DNA from: an uncultured Solibacteraceae bacterium
GTDB lineage: Bacteria > Acidobacteriota > Terriglobia > 20CM-2-55-15
Reading direction: 5' to 3'
DNA: 64,000 nucleotides
Assembly (NCBI GenBank): GCA_964633285.1
Contig: CAZWGA010000001.1
Span: 60,950-124,949, forward strand
Below the pieces are notes generated by a model. It saw only the letters and a list, made by a program, of their open reading frames with translations, made no database searches and was not told the DNA's origin. How positions within the stretch are numbered: the stretch's first letter is position 1; every line of letters begins with the position of its first letter. The translations under genes and the position numbers were made by a program. Shown here piece after piece: positions 29,258 to 42,241 of the stretch.

Positions 29258-30570
29258 GGAATTTTTCTTTGGTCAAGGGCGAACGGCCCACCGTGCAGGA
29301 TTCCCCCAACCCCGAAACCCGCCGGTGGGAAATTCGCGTCGATACCTGGGCCCGAAAACTGATTGTGATCCTGATTGTGCTGTCGGCGTCGGGAGTATTG
29401 GTCTACAGGACGTGGTGGTTGTTCATGGGGGCCTGGATCACTCGCAATCCACCTATTACCAATCCGGCCATCTATGAACAGGCGATCAAATACGATCCTC
29501 AGAACGCCGACTACCATTTCGCACTGGCTCAAATTTACAACTACTCGACTCAGTATTTGAACATCCCGCGCGCCGGGGAAGAATACAACGCCGCCGTGCG
29601 CTTGAATCCCGACCGTTCGCAGCATTGGCTGGAGTTGTCGAAGTATTACGAACAATTAAGGGATGTGGAAGGCAGCAAGAATGCCATGAGGACGGCGCTG
29701 GAGAAGGATCCGAATTTTGCCCAGACGCATTGGGCAGCCGCGAATCTTTATATCCGGCTGAACGATCTCAAGGCTGCAGATTTTGAATTGCGGCGAACTG
29801 CCGACCTGGACATTAACTATGTGGCTGAGGTTCTGGATCTGGTCTGGCGTTTTTATGAAGATCCGGATCGCATCATGTCCACTCATGTTCCGAATACAAA
29901 GGACTGCGACCTGGCGGCGCTGGATTATTTTGTCGGAAGAAAGAGCGAGCGTGGAACCGCTCTCGCGTGGGCGAAGCTTAAAACATTTGAAACAAAGCGG
30001 CTCGAGCGTTTCAATTACACGGATTATCTGGTTGAGATTGGAAAACCTCACGAAGCGTGGAGCGTTTTCTCACATCCCGCGATCGGGGACGCCAGTCCTG
30101 CCGGCGTAGCCGCGGACAACCTTATTTATAACCCGAGCTTTGAAACAGAGCCCTCCAATGGGGGCTTCGACTGGCGTATCACGCCAAACGATCACGCGGA
30201 ACTTCACCGCGATGTCTCAACGGCGAAAGACGGGCTGGCCTCTTTTCTTGTGACCTTCGACGGCAAGGAGAATCTCAATTACGCCGATTTCTGGCATTGG
30301 ATACCCGTGACGAAGGGGCAAAGTTACGAACTCAGTTTCTGGATGAAAACAGAGGCCATCTCCAGCACTGAAGGAGTATTTATCGATGTCGATGGCCAGT
30401 CTTCCGAAAAGCAGATCGGCAGTACGTATTGGCAACAATTGAAAATCCGGTTTAAGGCAGCATCCGATCTGGCGACCATCCGTCTCAAACGCATTCCCTC
30501 GAAAAAGTTCGACAACCTGCTGAAGGGGAAAGTCTGGCTGGACGGGTTCAACGTCACTGCTGTACGCTAA
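29233..30570 (+). CDS. Membrane-anchored TPR-repeat protein with a C-terminal carbohydrate-binding (CBM4/9 / galactose-binding-like) domain
   Basis: TM helix LIVILIVLSASGVLVY. TPR-like helical repeats. C-terminal ..NLIYNPSFE..GGFDWRI..WLDGF.. Start uncertain (ATG 29233 overlaps gltA by 25 nt; TTG 29269 is an alternative). Confidence 0.5.
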   Translation: MGTDSAKVRNFSLVKGERPTVQDSPNPETRRWEIRVDTWARKLIVILIVLSASGVLVYRTWWLFMGAWITRNPPITNPAIYEQAIKYDPQNADYHFALAQIYNYSTQYLNIPRAGEEYNAAVRLNPDRSQHWLELSKYYEQLRDVEGSKNAMRTALEKDPNFAQTHWAAANLYIRLNDLKAADFELRRTADLDINYVAEVLDLVWRFYEDPDRIMSTHVPNTKDCDLAALDYFVGRKSERGTALAWAKLKTFETKRLERFNYTDYLVEIGKPHEAWSVFSHPAIGDASPAGVAADNLIYNPSFETEPSNGGFDWRITPNDHAELHRDVSTAKDGLASFLVTFDGKENLNYADFWHWIPVTKGQSYELSFWMKTEAISSTEGVFIDVDGQSSEKQIGSTYWQQLKIRFKAASDLATIRLKRIPSKKFDNLLKGKVWLDGFNVTAVR

Positions 30571-30581
30571 AAGCCGGCTGG

Positions 30582-31084
30582 ATGCCACGAAGTTATATGT
30601 CGGATTGGTACGCTCTGTACACACGCCCGCGCCACGAAAGACAGGTTTTTCACGAACTGTCGAGCAAAAGCATTTCGGCATTTCTCCCGACATACAAGGT
30701 CCGCCGCCGGTGGAGCGACCGGTACAAGGTGATCGAAGAGCCCCTCTTCAAAAACTACATCTTTGTCAACGTCGACTACGACGGCCGTTATCGCGATACG
30801 CTTCGTCCTTATGGCGCTGTGGCTTTTGTAATGTTCGACGGCAAGCCCGCACAGATTCCCGAACACGAGATCGATTCGATCCGGCGATTGATTACATCGG
30901 AGTTGCCCTACAATCCGCATCCGTACCTGAAAATTGGACGGCGCGTTCGCGTTCGTTCAGGGCCTCTTGCCGGATGCGAAGGCATCCTGACTCGAAAGAA
31001 AGGACTGGCGCGCCTCGTGCTGAGTGTCAATCTTCTTCAACAATCGGTCAGCGCTGAAGTCGACGCAGATTGCATTGAACCCGC

Positions 31085-31088
<4 letters not shown>
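30582..31088 (+). CDS. NusG-family specialised paralog (UpxY/RfaH-like transcription antiterminator; NGN + KOW)
   Basis: ..WYALYTRPRHERQV..FLPTYKV..EPLFKNYIFV.. NGN domain and a KOW (KIGRRVRVRSGPLAGCEGIL). Immediately upstream of cpsB. Confidence 0.7.
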
Positions 31089-33783
<2,695 letters not shown>

Positions 33784-33784
33784 C

Positions 33785-34717
33785 CTACCTGTATCTTGTC
33801 GTGAAACTGGTGTTCACAACATTATCGGGATAGATGTTTGCCGGCCCCGGATTGATGTTGCCCTGGTTCTCGACGCCGGTGCGCCCGGATAGAGGCTCCG
33901 CGTAAACCGTGTACGCGCCTGCATCCAATCCTTCAATCGTGTACGCTCCGCTCGGATCAGTTATCACGCTTGCGACCGGCACGCCACTCGCATTCACCGC
34001 TACAACGATGGCGCCAAACACGCCGGCGTTGGCTGTTGTGCGCACGGTTCCTGAGATTTTTCCTTTCGCCGCAAAAGATGCCGCAGGATACACCGTGGAG
34101 ATTCCGGCGATGTCATCCGCGGACAAGGTTCGCGGATACGTGAAACCGCGATCCACAACCCAGAACATGGTTGATGACATGTTTGTGGCGTGATCCATTC
34201 CCAGGAAATGCCCGGCTTCATGAGTAGCGACCGATTGAAGATCCGCGTTGTTCCCAATACCCGTGGCATTCGTACTGAATTGTTCCGTGGGGTTAAAGAA
34301 CATGTCCGCTTCCGTGATCGTGCCGTTGTCGAGGAAGCTCACAAACGTTTTTGCAAGAACGCCGGTGGGCAACGTTTGAAGCGCCGAGTTGCCGGGTACG
34401 GTGGTTATCACATTGAATCCATCGATTTTGACACCGAGCGATTTGTCGACGTCGGCGCCCTGAGTCAGGGAAACCGACGCTGTACTTGCCGATTGCCAAG
34501 CCTGAAAGCTCTGAACGATGATTTCGGCCTGCGTTCTCGATCCCGTTACGTTCGATCCCTGGGATGGATTCAGTTGCCATGTCACCGGAAACGATTTCCA
34601 CTTCACTGTCAGAATCTGTCCATTTGTAAGCGTCTTGAAAGTGTCATAAGCGCGAATCGGGATTGAGACCAGAATGGCGCACACCATAAGAACTGCTGAA
34701 ACACAAATCTTCTTCAT
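33785..34717 (-). CDS. Secreted matrixin-family (M10) zinc metalloprotease with a C-terminal CarbopepD_reg-like domain
   Basis: Signal peptide. [11 protein letters not shown] zinc motif. C-terminal ..[19 protein letters not shown].. beta-sandwich. Confidence 0.75.
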   Translation of the reverse strand: MKKICVSAVLMVCAILVSIPIRAYDTFKTLTNGQILTVKWKSFPVTWQLNPSQGSNVTGSRTQAEIIVQSFQAWQSASTASVSLTQGADVDKSLGVKIDGFNVITTVPGNSALQTLPTGVLAKTFVSFLDNGTITEADMFFNPTEQFSTNATGIGNNADLQSVATHEAGHFLGMDHATNMSSTMFWVVDRGFTYPRTLSADDIAGISTVYPAASFAAKGKISGTVRTTANAGVFGAIVVAVNASGVPVASVITDPSGAYTIEGLDAGAYTVYAEPLSGRTGVENQGNINPGPANIYPDNVVNTSFTTRYR

Positions 34718-35244
34718 TTCGCTAGCTCCCTGATTCTTGCTTTAAATGCATCGAGCGGTACCTTCTGAACGCTCGGCGTCTCGGACATGCGTCCCGTTTT
34801 CGGATCGACGATGGTCGCTCCCGCTGAATTCGAGATCGCAAGGTTGTCGACGAGATCGTACTTTCCCTGGCCGAGGCCCACGATATCGAACGTTCCGTTT
34901 GATTGATTCTGGAGGAAGACAATGACGCGGTCGCCCGCCTTGAACTGTGGCGTTCCGGAGACAGTCAAATTCAGCGCGCCTAGTTTCCCGCCAGGCTGTC
35001 TGATGAGCAGCGCCCGCCGTGGCGCTCCCTTGAAAGATTCATCCACGCGAATCGACGCATAAGTAAAGATGAGGTCACTCTCCCAGCGCGCTTCGACGGA
35101 CTCGACAGTGCCTTGCACTACCGAGTCTGACTTGGAGACCATCTCAGGCAATTCCATCTTTCTCACGCTCGATGCGAGCGCCGGCACGGCAAGGACAAGC
35201 GCCGTCAGAATCATGAAGCTTCGATTACGTATTAGTGTGCTCAT
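34714..35244 (-). CDS. Hypothetical secreted protein
   Basis: Signal peptide (MILTALVLAVPALASS). Coupled by ATGA overlaps to both neighbours. Confidence 0.5.
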   Translation of the reverse strand: MSTLIRNRSFMILTALVLAVPALASSVRKMELPEMVSKSDSVVQGTVESVEARWESDLIFTYASIRVDESFKGAPRRALLIRQPGGKLGALNLTVSGTPQFKAGDRVIVFLQNQSNGTFDIVGLGQGKYDLVDNLAISNSAGATIVDPKTGRMSETPSVQKVPLDAFKARIRELAK

Positions 35245-37349
35245 CGGATGAATACTCCTCCCGTCAATATGGACGTATCCAGATTGGAATTCGTCACGAT
35301 GACATTTCTTGGCCCGAGCGCCGCAGTTGCGTCCACGGTGACTTTCACAAGAACGAAGTTGTCCTGGAAGACGTAGTTACTCACCGTTACGCCGCCGCCG
35401 CTCACGGAAACCGTCGTCCCGGCTGCTGAGCCCAAACCCGTACCGACAATTCCCATTAATTTGGATGTTCCTCGCGGAAGATCACCGCTGGAAACGTTAA
35501 ACGCAATTTCCGTTGCGGCCAGCTCGACAATTCCGATTCTCGTCACGCTCAATCCCGCAACGGCTGGTGCAACGTAGATGTCGGCGTTGGCCGTCGTTGC
35601 TCCGCCGGTCACCGTTACCGTGCTCTGTACGAGCGCGCCGGTTGACGTCACCTGAAGAATCTTCGAACTTGAACTTTGTCCTCCGGTCTGCACGAACACG
35701 GGTCCGGAAATTGCGGCGGAAGGAACAGTAACGGTCAATGATGTTGACGATCCGGCGGATGGTGTTGCGTTTACTGTGCCGTTGGCGCTGGTAAAGACCA
35801 CGGTGTTGTTCGCGAAAGTCGAATCGAACCCCGAGCCCGCCAGCGTGATCGCGGAACCACGGTTCTGGCTTGACGGCGAAACGGAAGTCAACACCAGCGG
35901 CTGAACCGCGACATTCGACGTCAACGTCAGCGACAGCGTGCTTGCATTCTGTTTGAAGAATCGCAGACTGCCGCTTGCGCTCTGTCCCGAACTGCCGCTG
36001 TAAAGCACGAACTGCGTTGTATAACCGCCGCCGTTGACAATGTGGGGAAAATCGAACTCCGCGGTTGACGCTGCCGTCGCTTCATTGGACGGCGGTGTGG
36101 TGGTAATCAGAAAATCACCGCGTTCGTTCGTGCGCGTGCGCAATCCGACAACGGAAATGCCGGAAGACGTGGTCGTAATTCGAACCAGCCCCGTGAAAGG
36201 CAGAGTCAGGTTCGGAAACAACTCATTCAGAAACTTTGCCGTCTGGCCCTGGCCTGCAACGGTGATGGAGTTCGTGAGTCCCGTTGAAGCTCCACTGGCA
36301 TTGAACGCTTCGAACGTGACCGTCGCCTGCGAACTCGATCCATTCGCCACGGCGATTCCGGTTTGAATGGATGACGAACCCTCCGCATAAACGCGGAAAG
36401 CCGTTCCGAGATTCGTGGGCACGCCCGCCTGCGTTACAGTGACGCTCCCCGGCTTGTAGGAAAACACAACGAGCGGTACGGGAGTGCTGCTCCCGGATGA
36501 GGGAGCGATGGAAACGGATCCGCTGCTTGTGTTCGCGCCCGCGCCGCTGGTCGTGAGTTTGAACGATCCTCTTCGCGGGAGCGAATAACTGAAACTGGCG
36601 CTGCTTTGTCCGTTCGCAGTGAGTGGGGATGCCGCGCCGGCGCCATTGCGGAACTGGATGGTTCCCGTCATTGCCGTGTCGGTCGGATTCACAAGAATCA
36701 CCGAAGTCGTCCATCCGCCCCCGTCGGCAAAATGCGGCAGGAGAACTGAAGAAGTGCCTGCGGCAACGGACGTGTCGATGACCGGCAGCGTTGTGATCAG
36801 GAAATCGCCGCGTTCGTTAGTGAAGCCCTGCAGCGCCACCACCGAAATCGGTACATTGCTGCTGAACGAAAACGTGCCCTGAATGCCCGTTCCACCGTTG
36901 TATGGAGCCTGGTCCAGAAACTCTGCTACCTGGCCTCCAGCGGGGATCGTACGCGACCCCGACCCGAAATCGGTTCCATCGAATTTCGTAAACGAAAACG
37001 TCACGGTTGCCGCCGTGGAATTGGGGTTGGCGATCGCCAGGCCGATATCCAGCCCGCCGTTGACTTCCGCATAAATGCGGCCCGTGCGCAACAGCGGCGA
37101 GGCAGGAACACCCGCTTCCGCGACAAGCACATTGTTCGTTCGAAAACCGAAAATGGCGACCCCCGAAGGAGTGGTGGACCCGCTGTCGGCGACAATCCTC
37201 GCATATCCCACATTCAAATCGCCCGCGCCATCCGTAGACAGGGAATTCGCGCTGCGATCGGTGAGGGAATAGGAGCGAGTTGCCGCCTGGCTCCACGCCA
37301 GCCTGGGTAATGCCAGGACAAGCATGAAAAACGCAATTCTTACTTTCAT
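35241..37349 (-). CDS. Large secreted protein with internal about-100-aa repeats and C-terminal IPT/TIG-like beta-sandwich domains
   Basis: Signal peptide MKVRIAFFMLVLALPRLAWSQ. Motif ..TNERGDFLITT.. repeated, ..FP/LPHFADGGGWTT.. repeated. Ser/Thr/Gly-rich C-terminal Ig-like segments. Confidence 0.6.
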   Translation of the reverse strand: MKVRIAFFMLVLALPRLAWSQAATRSYSLTDRSANSLSTDGAGDLNVGYARIVADSGSTTPSGVAIFGFRTNNVLVAEAGVPASPLLRTGRIYAEVNGGLDIGLAIANPNSTAATVTFSFTKFDGTDFGSGSRTIPAGGQVAEFLDQAPYNGGTGIQGTFSFSSNVPISVVALQGFTNERGDFLITTLPVIDTSVAAGTSSVLLPHFADGGGWTTSVILVNPTDTAMTGTIQFRNGAGAASPLTANGQSSASFSYSLPRRGSFKLTTSGAGANTSSGSVSIAPSSGSSTPVPLVVFSYKPGSVTVTQAGVPTNLGTAFRVYAEGSSSIQTGIAVANGSSSQATVTFEAFNASGASTGLTNSITVAGQGQTAKFLNELFPNLTLPFTGLVRITTTSSGISVVGLRTRTNERGDFLITTTPPSNEATAASTAEFDFPHIVNGGGYTTQFVLYSGSSGQSASGSLRFFKQNASTLSLTLTSNVAVQPLVLTSVSPSSQNRGSAITLAGSGFDSTFANNTVVFTSANGTVNATPSAGSSTSLTVTVPSAAISGPVFVQTGGQSSSSKILQVTSTGALVQSTVTVTGGATTANADIYVAPAVAGLSVTRIGIVELAATEIAFNVSSGDLPRGTSKLMGIVGTGLGSAAGTTVSVSGGGVTVSNYVFQDNFVLVKVTVDATAALGPRNVIVTNSNLDTSILTGGVFIR

Positions 37350-37573
37350 GAATTACTCCGGCGAAAAAATCGCGCTACATCGTACCCAGAAGGCGTCCAG
37401 CCCGCAAGGGCAGTGATTATCAGGCTGGTTGGAATCGGGAATTCATTGGCAGTCGGGCCGTACAGGCGCCAAGATTCCCAACGTCAGTTGCCTTCCGGCT
37501 ACGTATCGGCAGGAATCCGGCGAATGTGTATACGCGTCTGCCGGCCGGGCGGACTCTATGTCTTTCCTAATTG

Positions 37574-39172
37574 TTATTTAGGCGCCATGACAATCCACGT
37601 TACGGTGTCATTTGCTTTGATTCCTGTGATTGTGAAGGAGTTTTGTGTAACGGAAGTCGCTCTGGTGGCGATACTGTTCGTTTGGTCCTGGATGATGACG
37701 TGGGGGACTTGTGAAAACGTCGTTGCGAATCTGACGATGCAGTCATCATTTTCACCGTGGATTTGACCTGAGAAATCTGTGGACCCGGTCTCAACGACGG
37801 CCTTATCACCACAGCTCGAGGCATCAGGAGTCGGAGTCAACTGCGGGTCTTTCTTACCGCCATAATGCACGAACTGGCCTCGAAGCGGATCGAGTACGGT
37901 TGCGGCCGCGGTGCCGCCAATCTCAGTAGGCGAAACGGGAACGGTGTTCGTGATAAACGCGCCGCCCAGAACCGTCAATTGCGCAGCGTTTGCGTCACTG
38001 ATCTTGAAATTTGTTGTATTGCCTTCCATATGAGGGAAAAGGAAGTCATAGCCGCCGGAGCTTTGCGGATTCGGATCTATATAGACTCCCACGTCGCACG
38101 ATTCGATTGTAGGTTTCACGAAAACGTTGCTGGAAATGGCTCCGTTCCAGCCTGCCGAGCTGATGCTGATTCCCACACGGCCCGCGCGCGGACCGTCACA
38201 AATCGCTTCAAGGTTGTCAAACTCATTCGACGTAACAAATGAACCGGTTCCATTCACAGCTATCGCCAGCGGCGTTTTGGCTATTGGAATATTGAACGCG
38301 AATCGGCATAAGGTAATCGGACTGGAGCCGGAAGTGGAAATCAGCTTGATTCCCGATGCGAAACCGTTCGCCGCGATTTCCATCGTTGACCTGGTGCATG
38401 CTTCGATTTGCACTCCCGTCGAGGGCTCCGACAAGAGGGTGCCACTTTTCACCAGACTCATTCCCCGGATGACGTTTGCCTGCGACCGGTAAATGCGAAT
38501 CGCTGTGCCTGAACCGGTGTATTTCAGTACTGCGTTTCCGCCGCAGAAGTCATAGACGGCACCCCCGTTGAGGTCAAGTTGCGATGCGAAGTAATAAGTA
38601 TGGCCACATGGCCATGCGACGGAATGTCTGGTGTTGATGGCGGCTTGCATTGAGGAGGTATTGTCGGTCGTTGGATCGTCTGCGGTGATCCCCCACCATT
38701 GGGGATACACCCAGCCGCTGAACTCGCGTCCCAATGTGGCTATGCCGGAGCCTGTGAATAACTGTTGAGTAGGTAACGCGATCGGTTCTGATCTTGAAGT
38801 GAATGTCAGTCCGGAGTTAATCGACAGGCGGGCTCCTCCACTGAAATCCAGCTTGACGTTCGAGGGTACGGTGGCATCAGCCGAGAAAACATAAGTCGTG
38901 GCGCCCAGCAAGACCGTCACCGATTTTGTGACTTCCTTAAAAGGATCGGACGCGATGGCCTCCGATTCCCTGAAGCCTCTGGCGTCCGCGATTCCGCCGG
39001 AGGGGGGCAAAGCCGCAATGCAGGCAACGATTTTCGCTCCCGCATCCGTTCCCGCAAATTCGTCGCAACGCCCCACCATGTCGTTCTGTTGAGCTTGAGT
39101 TCGTATGGGAGATAGCAACTCGGTAAGGGTGATCAGTACGGCCAGAGTTCGTCCCCAATGTGCTTTTTTCAT
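37574..39172 (-). CDS. Secreted right-handed beta-helix protein of the pectate-lyase superfamily (putative glycoside hydrolase / polysaccharide depolymerase)
   Basis: Signal peptide. ..WWGITADDPTTDNTSSMQAAIN.. matches the Pectate_lyase_3 N-terminal motif. ATG 39172 with GAGAGG RBS. Confidence 0.55.
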   Translation of the reverse strand: MKKAHWGRTLAVLITLTELLSPIRTQAQQNDMVGRCDEFAGTDAGAKIVACIAALPPSGGIADARGFRESEAIASDPFKEVTKSVTVLLGATTYVFSADATVPSNVKLDFSGGARLSINSGLTFTSRSEPIALPTQQLFTGSGIATLGREFSGWVYPQWWGITADDPTTDNTSSMQAAINTRHSVAWPCGHTYYFASQLDLNGGAVYDFCGGNAVLKYTGSGTAIRIYRSQANVIRGMSLVKSGTLLSEPSTGVQIEACTRSTMEIAANGFASGIKLISTSGSSPITLCRFAFNIPIAKTPLAIAVNGTGSFVTSNEFDNLEAICDGPRAGRVGISISSAGWNGAISSNVFVKPTIESCDVGVYIDPNPQSSGGYDFLFPHMEGNTTNFKISDANAAQLTVLGGAFITNTVPVSPTEIGGTAAATVLDPLRGQFVHYGGKKDPQLTPTPDASSCGDKAVVETGSTDFSGQIHGENDDCIVRFATTFSQVPHVIIQDQTNSIATRATSVTQNSFTITGIKANDTVTWIVMAPK

Positions 39173-39446
39173 TTTCAGCAAACCTCTCGGTCCTGATTTC
39201 AACAGACCTTCCACGAATTCTACCCCCCTGAGACGTGCCTAAACGAAACGTAATCCGATGATGTTGCGAGCATTTATGGCCATCGGAAGGGAGTTTCTTC
39301 ATTGACACCATATCGGCTCCCTTCGTAATCTTCTTGGGTTCTCTTGTCTGCAAACAGCCAGTTGTGCGAAATGACGTAATTCTCTCCTTTTTTCTTTGTC
39401 GCATTCCGATTGTGGAGCATTATTTCGTGCAGTGGATTCTAATAAC

Positions 39447-39464
39447 TCGCTGATTTATCAGCGA
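39447..39464. promoter_or_regulatory. Palindrome TCGCTGAT-TT-ATCAGCGA about 40 bp upstream of the first gene of the polysaccharide locus
   Basis: 8-bp arms with a 2-nt spacer, seen directly in the 330-bp divergent intergenic region 39173-39502. Confidence 0.2.
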
Positions 39465-39502
39465 AATACGCAGTTTCGTCTTGTGAGTATGAGGGCATTC
39501 GT

Positions 39503-40483
39503 GTGAAAACTTTTGATCAGTTCAAGATCGGCTTTGATACGAGAGACCGTCAAACGGTCCAGCGTTATTGGGACGAGATCTTTTCAACACAGAAATGGAC
39601 GGAAGGTAAGTTCACCAGGCTGTTTGAAGAAAAGTGGTCGGAATGGAACGGGGCTCCTGGAGTTGCGATGTCCAGTTGGGCCGGTGGTGCATTGACCGCC
39701 CTCGAATTCTTCAACCTTCGTGGAAAGAAAGTTTTGTGTCCTACGAATACGTTCATGGCCACACCATTTTCAGTTCTAAAAGTGGGTGGGGAGGTCGTTT
39801 TCGGCGACTGCAACAAAGAAGATTTGTGCCTCAGTTTGGACTCCGTAAGAAGGGCGGTTGAGGATCAAGGCGTGGCGGCGGTCTGGCTGGTTCATATCGG
39901 CGGCCACATCGCGTTCGATACTCCGAAGATCGCCGATTTCTGCCGGCAAAAAGGAGTGATCCTCCTGGAGGATTGCGCCCACGCGCATGGCGCGAAATGG
40001 CAGGGACGAAAAGCAGGAACCTGGGGTGACTGCGGCGTGTACTCGTTCTACGCCACGAAATCCATTTCGACCGGCGAGGGTGGAATGCTGGTATCCAACA
40101 ATCCTGCCCTGATTGAGTACGCTCAGCGATACAGGAACTACGGGAAGATGGATTACAAAGTCGAAGGGCTGAACTATCGGATGTCGGAATTCACTGCCGC
40201 CCTCGGTGTTGTTCAGATTGACCGGATGGAAGAAATTACAGCCTGGAAAAACATGATTGCCCGGGAATACCTGGATCCGAAATACAAACGCAGAGTCATT
40301 CTTCCGGACGGCATGACTTCAGGTTTCTACAAGTACATTGTCTTTGAACCCATTGAAAAATCCACGGGCAAGGTTTACGACACCCTGTGTCATTCGATTC
40401 TCGGCGCCCCCGGATCGTTCCCCAACTCGGAATGGGTCGCGCAAAATCACTGGTGTGTTCCTTTGTATTACAACCCGTCATAA
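39503..40483 (+). CDS. DegT/DnrJ/EryC1/StrS-family PLP-dependent sugar aminotransferase/dehydratase
   Basis: GTG start with GAGGG RBS. ..CAHAHGA.., ..SFYATKSISTGEGGML.. (PLP-Lys region). Confidence 0.8.
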   Translation: MKTFDQFKIGFDTRDRQTVQRYWDEIFSTQKWTEGKFTRLFEEKWSEWNGAPGVAMSSWAGGALTALEFFNLRGKKVLCPTNTFMATPFSVLKVGGEVVFGDCNKEDLCLSLDSVRRAVEDQGVAAVWLVHIGGHIAFDTPKIADFCRQKGVILLEDCAHAHGAKWQGRKAGTWGDCGVYSFYATKSISTGEGGMLVSNNPALIEYAQRYRNYGKMDYKVEGLNYRMSEFTAALGVVQIDRMEEITAWKNMIAREYLDPKYKRRVILPDGMTSGFYKYIVFEPIEKSTGKVYDTLCHSILGAPGSFPNSEWVAQNHWCVPLYYNPS

Positions 40484-40522
40484 GTTTTCATTCCAGCTAA
40501 CTAAAAAGGAGATTTCGATATC

Positions 40523-41503
40523 ATGAAAGCCCTCGTAACAGGAGGTTCCGGCTTTATCGGATCACACGTCGTCGACAAACTTCGCGACCGAGGTGTTCAA
40601 GTCCGAGTGTTCGACATGGTCATGCCGACATTCCGCACCGATATTGAGTTCTATCAAGGCAGTTTGCTCAGCCTGGAGCATCTGAGGATGGCGTTGAGCG
40701 GCATCGATATCATTTATCATCTCGCCGCCGTAGCAGACGTTAAGGATGTTTTTGAAGATCCACACTATGCCGAAAGCATCAATGTGCGGGGAACAATCAA
40801 TGTTCTTGAAGCTGCTCGAAAAGCCAAGATTCAGCGGTTGGTCTACGGAAGCACAACCTGGGTCTACAGCGAATGTACGGAAGAACTGGTGAACGAGACC
40901 ACAGCGCTTCGACCGCCGTCTCATCTCTACACGGCAACAAAGGTGGCTTCGGAATACTACTGTCTTTCTTACAGCAAACTCTATTCGCTGCCGGTGACGA
41001 TTCTTCGCTACGGCATTCCATACGGTCCCCGGGCTCGAGACGGCGCCGTGGTTCCCATTTTTATTCGAAAAGCGCTAAACGGTGAACCTCTCACGATTGC
41101 CGGCGATGGCTCGCAGTTTCGCAAGTTCGTCTATGTGGAAGATCTTGCGGAAGGCAACGTTCTGGCACTGAAACAAATCGCCGCGAACAAGACTTATAAC
41201 CTCGACGGAAGTGAAAAAGTCACGATTCGGCAAATTGCGGAGACCATCAAAGAGATCGTCGGAAACGTCGAGATTCAATATGTGGTCGGGCGGCCGGGTG
41301 ATTTTTCAGGTAAGGAGATATCGAGCGATTTGGCGCGGCGAGAGTTGGAGTGGCAGCCCAAAGTGAGTTTCAAAGACGGCGTACGAAAATATCTGAAGTG
41401 GTACAAAGATCGCGAAGATCGGAGAACTGCGGAATGGGAGCAACTGGATCAGAATCTGCGCGGCAATCGCGAGACGGACGGTAAAGCCCGGTCGGCCGGT
41501 TAA
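40523..41503 (+). CDS. NAD-dependent nucleotide-sugar epimerase/dehydratase (SDR extended family)
   Basis: MKALVTGGSGFIGSHVV.., YxxxK (YTATK). Confidence 0.85.
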   Translation: MKALVTGGSGFIGSHVVDKLRDRGVQVRVFDMVMPTFRTDIEFYQGSLLSLEHLRMALSGIDIIYHLAAVADVKDVFEDPHYAESINVRGTINVLEAARKAKIQRLVYGSTTWVYSECTEELVNETTALRPPSHLYTATKVASEYYCLSYSKLYSLPVTILRYGIPYGPRARDGAVVPIFIRKALNGEPLTIAGDGSQFRKFVYVEDLAEGNVLALKQIAANKTYNLDGSEKVTIRQIAETIKEIVGNVEIQYVVGRPGDFSGKEISSDLARRELEWQPKVSFKDGVRKYLKWYKDREDRRTAEWEQLDQNLRGNRETDGKARSAG

Positions 41504-41521
41504 GTCCCGTTTCCGCGATTA

Positions 41522-42241
41522 ATGAGAGTCACCATCCACCAACCGGAGCATTGGCCATGGTTGGGGTTTTTTGACAAGGCTCAGCGGGCGGACGTTCTGG
41601 TCATTCTGGACAACGTCCCATTTCGCAAGAACTACTTTCAGAATCGAAATCGAATTCGTTCGGCCGCCGGCGCTCAGTGGCTCACCGTCCCAGTCCTCAT
41701 CAGCGGTCACACGGGGCAGTTGATCAACGAGGTTGTCATCAACAATGCCGGGGAGCCGCATTGGCGGAAGAAACACTTCGTTGCACTACGACAAAACTAC
41801 GGTCGGGCGGAGTTCTGGAGAAGCCACGAGGACTTTATAGCGCAGCTCTATGAGCGTGAGTGGGCGCTCTTATCCGAACTGAACGTTCACATCGTTTCCT
41901 ATCTCTTGAAGTGCCTGAGCATCGAGACGGCTGTTGTCAGATCTTCGGAACTCGCGGTCAGCGGGACCAAATCCGAATTGCTGCTGGATGTATGCAAAAA
42001 GCTGGACGCGACGGAATATCTGTCGGGGATTTCCGGGCAGGAATACTTGAATCTGAAAGCGTTTGAAAATGCCGGTGTCGGAATCCAGTTTCAGGAGTTT
42101 CATCATCCCATCTATAAGCAATGCTATTCGCCCTTCGTTCCGTGCTTGTCTGTTCTTGACCTGCTTCTGAACCACGGTCCTGCATCGGGCGACATCATTA
42201 ATGGAATCGGTGTTGAAACCATCGACGAGGTGTTCAAATGA
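41522..42241 (+). CDS. WbqC-like family protein
   Basis: ..IHQPEHWPWLGFFDK.. characteristic WbqC N-terminus. Confidence 0.65.
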   Translation: MRVTIHQPEHWPWLGFFDKAQRADVLVILDNVPFRKNYFQNRNRIRSAAGAQWLTVPVLISGHTGQLINEVVINNAGEPHWRKKHFVALRQNYGRAEFWRSHEDFIAQLYEREWALLSELNVHIVSYLLKCLSIETAVVRSSELAVSGTKSELLLDVCKKLDATEYLSGISGQEYLNLKAFENAGVGIQFQEFHHPIYKQCYSPFVPCLSVLDLLLNHGPASGDIINGIGVETIDEVFK

